A stretch of DNA of 63,955 nt, the filler included, from Octopus bimaculoides (taxonomy: Eukaryota), in assembly GCF_001194135.2 (NCBI RefSeq). It is 5 parts of 5 records of this genome, joined end to end, with 100 filler letters (N's around TTAATTAATTAA, not from the genome) between each part and the next. Parts side by side here need not be neighbours in the genome. Positions count along the whole stretch, not along the records: positions 53,257 to 61,738 come from NC_068991.1; positions 61,839 to 63,955 come from NC_068988.1; 3 more parts are not named here. One strand, 5' to 3'. Numbering within the stretch: the first letter of the stretch is position 1; each line of letters starts with the position of its first letter. Positions 53,628 to 63,955 of the stretch are shown piece after piece. Below the pieces are notes generated by a model that saw only the letters and a program-made list of their open reading frames with translations, made no database searches and was not told where the DNA came from. A program made the translations under genes and the position numbers.

Positions 53628-56600
53628 TATTGTTGATGTTGACAATGCTGTTCCAATTGTGGTAAACAAATAGTTTGTCGTAATATTGCATCTATATCTA
53701 TTTTAAATGTAGGTCTCTAAAAATAAACTGTTCTGACTTAGCTATCACTCCTACCAACACCTTTGTCCCTAGTTTCCACGTAAAATTTTCTATCGCCTCC
53801 CAGGGGTGAATGCCGACCACTTTGTGAAACGTTGACGTAGTCCTTTTATTGACATCTTTTGTCGGTTTACTTTCGTTTAAGAAAACGAGAATTTACGTGC
53901 TTTTGAGTTAATAGAGGGAGGTAACTTACAGAAGAGTTACGCCCCTTTGTTAACTATTCTGACTAAATTCTTTTACTGTTGTTATATTTCGGAACACTTT
54001 TTTGTTTCTTTAAGGAGAAAAACAACTAGTTTAAAATTTCTGATTGAGATCTATGTAGTAACTACTGGATAGTAAAATTTATTTACCAGCATAGCGTGGC
54101 AATCCTGACTAGGATTATGTTACTACTTTTAACCGCAGGAAAACATTTTTCTTGTCAAAAAAAACGCACTATATATTCGTTCTTCACTCGTTTATTATTG
54201 TTCTTATTTCATCTAATGTCCAGACAATGGACAAACGATAAAACAAGGACAATAATAAACGAGTAAATAATGAATATATAGTGTGTTTTTTCTTTTCTTT
54301 TTTTTCTTTTCTTTTGGCAAGAAAAAGAAAAATGGAAGTCCTGGACTATAACAATATCTGTTTCAACACACGGTTTCACATTATGAATCCTTTCAATATA
54401 TTTATTGTAATTAGAGGCGGCAAGCTGGAAGAATCGTTAGCACGCCTGACAAAATGCTTAGCGGCATTTTGTCAACCCTTATGTTTTGAGCTCAAATTCT
54501 GCTGAGATCCATTTTGTCTTTCATCCTTTTGAGGTTGATAAAGTAAGAACCAGTTGAACACTGGGGTCGATAATCAACTTAGCCCTCTCCCGGAATTGCT
54601 GGCCTTGTGCCAAAATTTGAAACCAATATTTTTTTTTTTTTTTAGGTCGATCAAATAAGTATCAGTCAAGTACCGGAGTCAATGTAATCAACTTTCACTT
54701 TCCTTGAAAGACTTTCCTTTGGCCTTTTGCCAAAATTTGAAACCAATTGTTTATCAAAATAGAGCAGTGAGCTGGTAGAATAGTTAGCATGTTGAACTAA
54801 ATGCTTAGCAGCACTCTGCTAAGGTTTACTGTGTCTCATCTTCAGGCTTGATAAAATAAATATCAGTTGAACACCAGGGTTGATGTAATTGACTTATTCC
54901 AGTCCTTAGAATTACTGGCCTTGGGTCAAAGTCTGAGGCCAACATTTTATCTAAATTCCAAGGCACCAATCAGGCAGAATTGTTACCATACCAGAGAAAA
55001 TGCTCAGTGGCATTCCTTCTCGCTCATTACATTTCTGAGTTCAAATTCTGCTGAGGTTGATTTTACCTAACAGCTATGATTATCGATCCTTGGATTGATA
55101 ATTAACTACAATCAAAGCTGACTATCCATCTAAGAATGGATTATTAATTAAACGAGTAATTCACATACCTATTATTGCAAGAAAGTCTTCATCGCATCTT
55201 TTGTTGTTTTTTAGTCTGTTACCAGCTACAATTAATTAGACATCTGATCAAAGACATTTCATTCGTGAATGTCCTATCTTTTTTTAAGGATATCAATGAC
55301 TATTTCTAATTCTTCTCTTTCTAATTTAAGATAGTGGCAGATAATTTGAGGGAAATTTGACTGTTGTGACTAGCAAATTGACTGAGTGTGCAGAAACAAT
55401 TGAGTAGACATATGATCACAGACATTCCATCAATGACCATCCCATTTTTTTAGAGGAATCAATTACTATATTTCATTCATCTTTTCCTTTTTTAACATGA
55501 TAGTGTATAATTCAAGGAAGATTTGCCTGTTGTTTCTAGCAATCATAGCATCTTTTAAATTATCACAGTGCTGCTCTGAATAAAGTAGCTGTTGTGATAA
55601 GAAGAGCATCAGAGTGTAAAAAAAAATCTGCCTCAACAAAGTCCCTTCTGACCCATAGAAAAGTGGACATTAAAACAAGTAATGAGGGTTCTTATAAATT
55701 AGGGGCTTACCAATAGATTTTGCAGATCTTCCTTGACTGGTAAAGGAAATGTGACTGATGTTCAGATTGAACACTCAGAGTCTGACATTACATGCAGAGA
55801 CTTGGATACTATAGTTCTGAGAAAGAAGGATTGAGTGAAGTGTTTAACCCTTTAGCATTCAGATTACCCTGTCAAAAGTAATGCTTATCTATTCACATCA
55901 TTTTGAATTGTTCATACTTTATTTTGTAGCATCAACTTTTTGATGATGTGATTGTATATTTTTAAAATGACATTGTAGGATAAGTATGAGAAGCTACATA
56001 AAATAGGTAGAATATCTGGGCCAGATGTGGCTGGTTTAAACACTAAAGGGTTAATAAGGGTTTAAGAAAGTGATGTAGAGTGGGGATGACAAAAGGATGA
56101 AAGACTACAAAAGACTTGAATAGATTTGAAACACTGATTGATGATTTCAAGATGCTGGAATGATTGTAATAAAGATAGAGGCTAGAAATAGAGGATAAAG
56201 AGCATAAATGAGCTTTTGATAAAGTGCAAATCTTTGGCCAGTTTGGGATGATGTTCAGACTCTTTGAGTCTGTAGCACTAGACCCACCCCTTACCAAAAT
56301 GGCCAGCAACTGCTCAGAGATAAAACAGTATATTGCTTCTGCCAACTCACTGTAACTGAATTAGGGAGAGGTCACTGAGCTTTGACAAATAAGTAAAAAC
56401 AACTTACTGTTTAACCAACTTGAACAAACAATCGATAAGTTAATTGGATATCAAATCAATTAATTAATGATAAAGGAGTGGAATTGAATACATGTGTTTG
56501 TTGGTAATATTGGCATAGTAACTCACCCTGACACAACAAAGTTTGTTTCAATACGTGAATTCACATAAAGAACCTTGCAAACCAGATACAAAAATGAAAT

Positions 56601-56649
56601 ATTGTTTTAATTATGTGGAAATGCAATATTTTAGGTACTCTACTCGTTA

Positions 56650-57120
56650 CAGTGATGCCTACACTTGATGCACTATGGCTGTCTCTCCTTCTCCCTCCCC
56701 TGGCTCCTACAGACTACCCAACCATGTCATATTTTCCTTTTCTCCCCAACTCCCGATGACTGCATCGGCCTGCTGCTTGCCCTTACCCACACTTCTGGAT
56801 CCCTGTTTCTTCCCCAGCTCATTGTTCTTGTATCAGTCACCCTTCAACCCTCCCCATTTTAGCAATTTGCTTTCACCACTCCTTCATTCTCTTTCCCATA
56901 TAATCTTGCAAACCACCATCCACTCACTTCTACTCAGCTTGTGCCTTGTGGGGCTACCTGGATACCTCATTACCATTATCTACCTCTGGCAACTCCTATA
57001 GATCATTTTCTCTTCCCCACCCCACTTCTCCCTACTAGATATGAGCAGCCATGCAGATCCTTCTACACGAACCTGCTCTTCCTCCATCTCTCATAGTAAT
57101 CCCCTTGTCCCCTAACATGA
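56650..57120 (+). mobile_element. Possible highly decayed Penelope-like segment
   Basis: C-rich sequence with a remnant HPSTLPILAICFHH resembling the PLE PLVLTYHP region; frames are broken. Confidence 0.3.
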
Positions 57121-58775
57121 AGCTGAACCCCACATTTCATCTCCCACAGAGTTTATAGTTCAGTAAACTGCATGATCTCAATGGTGCAGTTTGTACAAAA
57201 AAAATACCCAATCCATTCTGTAGAGTGGTTGGTATTAAGAAGGGCATCCAGCCATGAAAACCATGCCAAAGCAGACATTGGAGTTCAATGCAGTTCTTGC
57301 ACACTTTGGATCCTGTCAAACCAAGGAGTTCATGCCAGCATGGAACATGAATGTTAAATGATGGTGATGATGATGATGACAAGAATTAATTATGTGGAGG
57401 TATGTAGCTTAGTGGTAAGGGTGTAAGGATCATAATCATAATGCCATGGGTTCAATTTCAGAACTGAGCAGTACATTATGTCCTTAAGTAAGGTACTTAA
57501 TTTCACACTGTTCCTCTATATTCAACTGAAAATGAGTACCGACCAAGTACTAATGCAGCTTTCTCTTCTTCCATCTGTCACACTCTGGATGAACTACTGG
57601 ATCAATGGATGGGACAAACCAAGAGGTTGTTTATGTCTGCTAGCAACTGCATAGGCTCCTAAAACAATTAGAAAAAGCATGATATATATTAGCCTTGCCA
57701 AACTCATTCATGGGTGACAGCTAACTTAAGGAATATTGATTACAAAGCCACCCTTTTTTTGTTGGGGAGCAGTTTAGTCATTTCAACCAAGTCTAGTATA
57801 TGACTGATATTCATTTTACCAACCCAAGAACAACGAATATCAAAACATTAACTGTAACAGGATTTGAACTTTGAACATGAAAAATCAAAACTACATATCT
57901 TCTGAAATAATTTTGTATTTTTTTTTCTGCTACTTTCATGGATTTTCATGTCTCTGTTGCCTTCTAATTCTACTATTATGAATTTAAATTGGGAGCTTGA
58001 TTCATAGTGAATCTTTAATTAGCTGTTAACACAATGATAGATGCCACCCCTATGGATATATTGCAGTTACTCTCTTGATAGAGCTTGCTGATCCTGATTG
58101 TTGATCTTCTAGGCTTCCTCCATCAGTGTCAATATAAGAAGCACCATTGTCTCAGTTGAACTCTTCTACTATCTCTTCACAATCCACCATGCTGCAGTTC
58201 CATGACTTCACCTTATCCCTGACAGGGCACGCATACCTGAATGAATTAATAAAACACACATACCTGACTGAATTAATTAATAAGTGGAAAATATCAATTA
58301 ACAGAAAATATTTAAGGGGAATGCATTTTTTGTTGGAATTTATGGGGAAAATACAGAATTTTTTTTTTTAATCAAAATTAGTTATAGATATGTGGAAGAT
58401 GTAATGTATTTATTTGTTAATTAATAACTATTCTATGCTTATACTAATGAGCCAAGATATATTAAAAAAAGATGGAAGAAAATCATCAATGTTCCTCATA
58501 AATATATGCATCATCATCATCATCATTATTTAACATTTGTCTTCTATGTTGGCGTTGGTACACAATGCTGTCTTCAAAGTCCTCAGATCCTGTCAAGTCA
58601 ACCAACCCAAACCAGCACAGAAAATGGACGTTAAATGATGATGAATTTTAAAGACTCACTGTTATTATAAAATAGTGAAGAAGCATGTGAATAACTTGTC
58701 CTAATAATTAGAATCCATTCCATCATTATCAAAACAGAGATAGTAAAATGGAAACAAGAATCATAGCAAGAAGCA

Positions 58776-58838
<63 letters not shown>

Positions 58839-59030
58839 ATTAAAGTTCTACAATGAAGTTTTCTTGGTTCTTCTGTGAAAGTATTTTATGTTTCATGCGT
58901 TGTTATATATGTTAATGAAACACTATGTTAACGAGATGATCATCTCAAACGATGAAATTGATAAAAACATAACAACTGAATCTAGTCCAGTATGATTCAC
59001 ATGTGACACAGTGGGATATGAAATTGGTGA

Positions 59031-59222
59031 GAGAGAGGGGGTGAGAAGGTAGAGAAGAGAGAGAAGAGAGAGAAAGAGAGAGAAGAAAGAGAGAGAGAGG
59101 AAAGAGAAAGAAGAGAGAGAGGAAATAGAGAGAAGAGAGAGAGAGGAAATAGAGAGAAGAGAGAGAGAGGAGAAAGAGAGAAGAGAGAGAGAGAGAAGAG
59201 AGAGAGGGAAGAGAGAGAGAGA

Positions 59223-59268
<46 letters not shown>

Positions 59269-59340
59269 AGAGAGAAGAGAGAGAGAGAGAGAGAAGAGAG
59301 AAGAGAGAGAGAGAGAGAAGAGAGAAGAGAGAGAGAGACA
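59031..59340. repeat. GA-rich compound microsatellite
   Basis: Purine-only (GA)n and GAA mosaic; source of the poly-SL ORFs. Confidence 0.95.
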
Positions 59341-60981
59341 CACACACACAGGCAGGTAGACATCCAAAGAGGCAAACCAAGATTAGGTGAAAACTGTTGC
59401 TGTTACTGGGAATTCATTTCTGCCTGAGAAAATAATTAACTTAATGAAGTCATTTGGAGAGACAAAGCAGAAAGTTAACAGAATAAAATGAAAACATGAT
59501 TTTGGATTTGATGAAGCTGTGACCAGGAAGTAGAAACTTATGAAATTATTAATGTTATTAATCTAGTTTTAATTAGTGTTGGTGGGAAAATGTTTAATGG
59601 TGATTTTTTAAAGAGAACATCTCAACCATGTCAGATACAAACCAATATTACTGATAAAGTTTAAGGTTGCAAGTTGGCAGAGTTGTTAGCAGGTCAAGTG
59701 AAATGCTTAGCAGCATTTTGTTTGTTTTCAAATCCTGAGTTCAAATTCCATCGACATCGATTTTGCCTCTCATCCTTTCAGGGTCGATAAAATAAGTACC
59801 AGTTGAGCACTGGGGGTTGATCTAATTGACTTGCCCCTCCCCTGAAATTGCTAGCCTTGTGCCAAAATTTGAAGCCAGTATTACTGATATAGTTATCATC
59901 ACCAGCACTGTCATCATCACCACCATTATCACCATCACCATCATCATCATCTTCCTCACTATCATCATTTTAAATACATTCCCCATACTGGCTTACTTTG
60001 GACGGTTTTGATAGGATTCAAAAGATCAGAGGATCAGTATCTTATTATTGCTATGGTTTCTATGGCTGGATGCCCTTACCAACCACTGTACAGGGTGCAT
60101 CTTTTATGCACCAACACCATAGAGTTTGCCTTGTTATCAGCAAGACCAAAGAGCCTCTCATGCTGTTTGTTGTCACTGCTCAAATCCATTACCAATCACT
60201 TACAGAGTGTATTGGGTACATTATGTGGCACCAGCACTGTTTAGGGTGCCTTGTAACTTGCAAAGTGAAAGAGAGATCTCATGATGTATGAAACAGATTT
60301 AATGTTGTAAGAAGATGGTGGTGGAAGGGGAAACAGGGAACCATTGTTGGGGTCGGAGTAATGGAGATAGGGAAGAGGGGGAGGAGAAGAGTGAGAAGGA
60401 GAGACAAGCAAGTAGTAACGGTAATAGGGAGCATTGAATTGATAGACCCAGTGATGGGGTGGATCATCCTGGTTGCCAGGCCAGTGTTGGTTGGACAGTT
60501 TGTCTGGGTCCAAGATAATTCTTATTGGAGTGAAGCAGGTTTATTGTTGAGAAAAAGAGGTAGGAGCAAAATGAACAGAAGTAGTGTTAGGAAAGAAGAC
60601 AATAGGAGGGAAAGGGAAAAGTAGAGTCAGAGAATTAATGATAAGGGTGGTGGGGAAAGCTGAATGGGGAGAGACGCAGTGGTACCCTACTGTGGTATGT
60701 GGAGGGGAGATGAGATGATTGGGAGGATTCCTCAAAGTCATATATCCAACAGAAGTATGATGACAGAAGAATAAGGCTGAATGGGTAAAGGTTGCCAGAG
60801 TGCAATCTCTTCCTCCTCAAGCATCTTGACTCATAAGGAAAGAGTAAGGGGTATTCAGTGGCCTGGAAACAAAATTTGCTTAGTGGGTGAAAACCTGTGT
60901 CCAAATTTTTTTATGTAAAATATGGTTTTTTTTCAGTGTCAACATTAAAGCAAATGCAGGCATAATAATGATTTTTATTAT

Positions 60982-61400
60982 TATGAGGGTTAGCTGCAAT
61001 ATTCATAGGCTGGGCAAAACACTCTCATGGAATGTGACCAAATGAAGTTCATTTCTTAACATAGTTCCTCTTACTTTCCACACACTTCCAGAAGTAGTTG
61101 CAGTATTTGGATTGCACTGGTGAAGAAGCTATCTTGTTGGTCAAAATAGTCTTCAACAGCACATATGACATCATCATCACGGTGATACTGGTGCCCAGCT
61201 GAGAGATTTTTTATGTTGGGAAACAGATGATAATCAGATGGAACCAAATCACTAAAATAAGGAGGGTGGTCAACCAGTTCAAAGCCAGTCGCACACAGCA
61301 GCCATTGAAACCAAGAACTTGTGTGCTAAAGTCAGATATTCTACAGCATTGGGTATCACCAGTTAACACAGTCCTCTCATGTCCCTTACCAATATAATAT
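60982..61400 (-). mobile_element. Decayed mariner (DD34D) 3' fragment
   Basis: Minus strand SDLVPSDYHLFPNIK...DDVICAVEDYFDQQDSFF resembles the SPDLAPSDYHLF motif; terminus TA|TGAGGG is consistent with a CpG-decayed TACGAGGG. Confidence 0.7.
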
Positions 61401-61838
61401 CATGAGATCATCTTCAACCACCTCACCACAAGTTTTCCTTGGTTTCCCTCTTACTCAAGCAGCATTAGTTTGCGACTACTTAAAATGAAAAGATTTATTA
61501 AATACATAATTAGACAATTGTCCGGAGTCAAATGATGAGGATGTTAATGACGTATGTTGTTGGGAGATTTAATTTTTGACCCTAGAATGCTTTGGCAATG
61601 GGAAAGGGATGCTACTAAGAACAGTAAAAGATGGAGAGATGGAAGAGGAGAGGAGGCCTTAAATGGAGGAGGTAGAGTCTTAAAAACCGGAGTAGAAAAT
61701 AATTAGAGTTTAATTTAATTAAATAGTGGTCAGGAGTANNNNNNNNNNNNNNNNNNNNNNNNNNNNNNNNNNNNNNNNNNNNTTAATTAATTAANNNNNN
61801 NNNNNNNNNNNNNNNNNNNNNNNNNNNNNNNNNNNNNN

Positions 61839-61896
<58 letters not shown>

Positions 61897-62133
61897 AATG
61901 TATATGATGCCTGTGTGTGCGCACGCGTGTGTATTTGTGTGGTGTGTGTGTGCTTGAACTTTGTAAAATAAATAGAAACATACGTAGATGGATTTGGTAG
62001 ATTCATAGAATCACGAGAGAGTTGTGTGTGAAAATATGTTCACACACACACACACACACACGCTCTCTCTGTGTGTCTCTCTCTCTCACACAATTCTCAA
62101 TTATTATTATTATTATTATTATCAATAATAATG

Positions 62134-62492
62134 ATATATAAAGGATTGAGGTAACTCCTCCTGAAGATATAGAGTCAAAATTAAAAGAAGAGTGCCATTG
62201 TTATCTTGTGAACGATATTTCGACATCTTGTGTGTCTTCAACTGGATCAAAAAATAAATTTGTCAATCTACTTCATTTTGGTTAATATATAAAGGATTGA
62301 AGTAACTCCTCCTGAAGATATAGAATCAAAATTAAGAGAAGAGTGCCATTGTTCCTGAACGATCTTCAGGAGGAGTTACATCAGTCCTTTATATATTAAC
62401 CAAAATGAAGTGGATTGACAAATTTATTTTTTGAACCAGTTGAAGAGACACAAGATGTCGAAATATCGTTCACTAGATAACAATGGCACTCT
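62134..62492. repeat. 151-bp tandem unit (~1.5 copies) plus a 131-bp inverted copy; Penelope pLTR-like
   Basis: Direct repeat starts at 62134 and 62285; inverted arms 62189-62319 and 62362-62492 show about 6 mismatches by eye. Confidence 0.85.
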
Positions 62493-62497
62493 ATTAC

Positions 62498-62563
<66 letters not shown>

Positions 62564-62576
62564 CATCATCATTATT

Positions 62577-63359
62577 CAGTAGTTTCATTTTTATAGCGTG
62601 CTTTCACTTCACTACCGAGCGCAGCTCTGTGTGCCTTGGGTATGTGCTGTGGTTTGCTGTGATGCTCTTATGGTTACTGTATTGAAAGTGTTTTGCGTAC
62701 GATATGTGCAGTGCCCAGTAGTGCAATTTTCTGTATGTTATATATATTTGTAAGTCTTGGTGATTTTGTTATGTATTTGTCTCAATATTTTTTTTATCAT
62801 ACCTAAGGCGCTTGCTATGATATGAATTGTTTCTGTTTTTAGATTCTACATTCGAGTTACCTCTATTTCCAGGTCTTTGTATTTTGAAAGTTTCTCCATT
62901 TCTTTTAAGGAAACGCTGTCATCTGCCGGTATTGATACATCAATTAGAAAGCATTTTTTTTCATGATCTCTGACAACTATATCTGGCCTATTGGCCTTAA
63001 TTGCTCTATCTGTGTGTATTGGTATATCCCATAATATTGTTGCTTTCTCGCTTTCTGTGACCCTTTTCTGGCGTGTGGTTTACTATGTTTTTTCTGTTGT
63101 TATTCCATAGTGTTGGCATAGCTTCCAGTGTATATAGGTCCCAACTCTGTCGTGTCTGTGAATATATTCCTTCTTAGCCTGGACTGGGCAACCAGAGATA
63201 ATATGATTTATTGTTTCTTGTCCATCACCACATATTCTGCAGTTACTTGTTATGTTTCTTTTCATTATATGTTTTTGGTAATTTCGGGTGGGGAGGCTTT
63301 GGTCTTGTGCAGCAATTAAAAATCCTTCAGTCTCTGCTTTGAGTCCTGAGCTTCTCAAC
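62577..63359 (-). mobile_element. 5'-truncated R4/Dong-like copy (lineage Y) within a TAA microsatellite
   Basis: RSSGLKAETEGFLIAAQDQSLPTRNYQKHI...CRICGDGQETINHIISGC; same 3' junction (ATTATT|CAGTAGTTT) as at 1531; (TAA)n on both sides. Confidence 0.9.
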
Positions 63360-63367
63360 TATTATTG

Positions 63368-63438
<71 letters not shown>

Positions 63439-63699
63439 GTTGTTGTTGTTGTTATTATTATTACTATTATTATTATTATTATTAATAAATCTTTACTCGT
63501 TTACCTGATTCAGTCATTAGACTGTGGTCATGCTGGGGCACCGCCTTCAGGAATTTTAGTCAAAGTAATCGATCAAATCCACTCACAAGGCTTTGGTCGG
63601 TCCGAGACTATAGTGAAAGAACTCGGAGCCATTTGGCTGGGAACAAACATCTTATCACATAGCCACGCCTGCGCCTATATACATGCATGCATACATACA

Positions 63700-63733
<34 letters not shown>

Positions 63734-63955
63734 GAGAGATTTGCTAAATTAATTTTTAACCATGATCGAATATGTTTAAACGCATATACACATACATGCA
63801 CACATACATGCATACATACGTATATAGATGTATGTGTGTGTGCGTGCGTATGTATGCATATATGCATGCACATATATGAATATGTGGATGCATATAAATA
63901 TATGTACATTTAGTTCTCTACACAGATATATATGTATATATATATATATATATAT

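Noticed and set aside
56295-56355. Possible minus-strand micro-exon (also 58140-58236)
   Set aside because: Splice-like motifs and short open frames only; no recognisable protein and no consistent multi-exon model.

Overview
AT-rich, gap-ridden animal genomic scaffold dense in microsatellites and tRNA-derived SINEs. The repeat landscape best fits an octopod cephalopod (inference, not database-checked). The only host gene I can recognise is the terminal coding exon of a Wnt16 orthologue (+, 14579-15043); its upstream exons are not visible. The rest is mostly mobile DNA: a chain of R4/Dong-like (RLE-endonuclease) non-LTR retrotransposon fragments that mostly end in (TAA)n tracts, Penelope-like RT and GIY-YIG remnants, a MULE deletion derivative with a 9-bp TSD, two mariner remnants, an LTR-like segment and at least four SINE-like families. 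Highlights: (i) minimal hammerhead-ribozyme folds, one at the 3' end of a tRNA-headed SINE-like unit and two with a non-canonical core; (ii) a Merlin-like MITE with three nested inverted-repeat layers centred on a perfect (CCCTAA)n/(TTAGGG)n palindrome; (iii) TAA-targeted LINEs inserted tail-to-tail into SINE tails; (iv) a promoter-like site at ~49.55 kb followed by a CpG-depleted domain. Nearly all listed ORFs are artefacts of N-gaps, microsatellites or decayed transposons. Boundaries of decayed repeats are approximate, read by eye.
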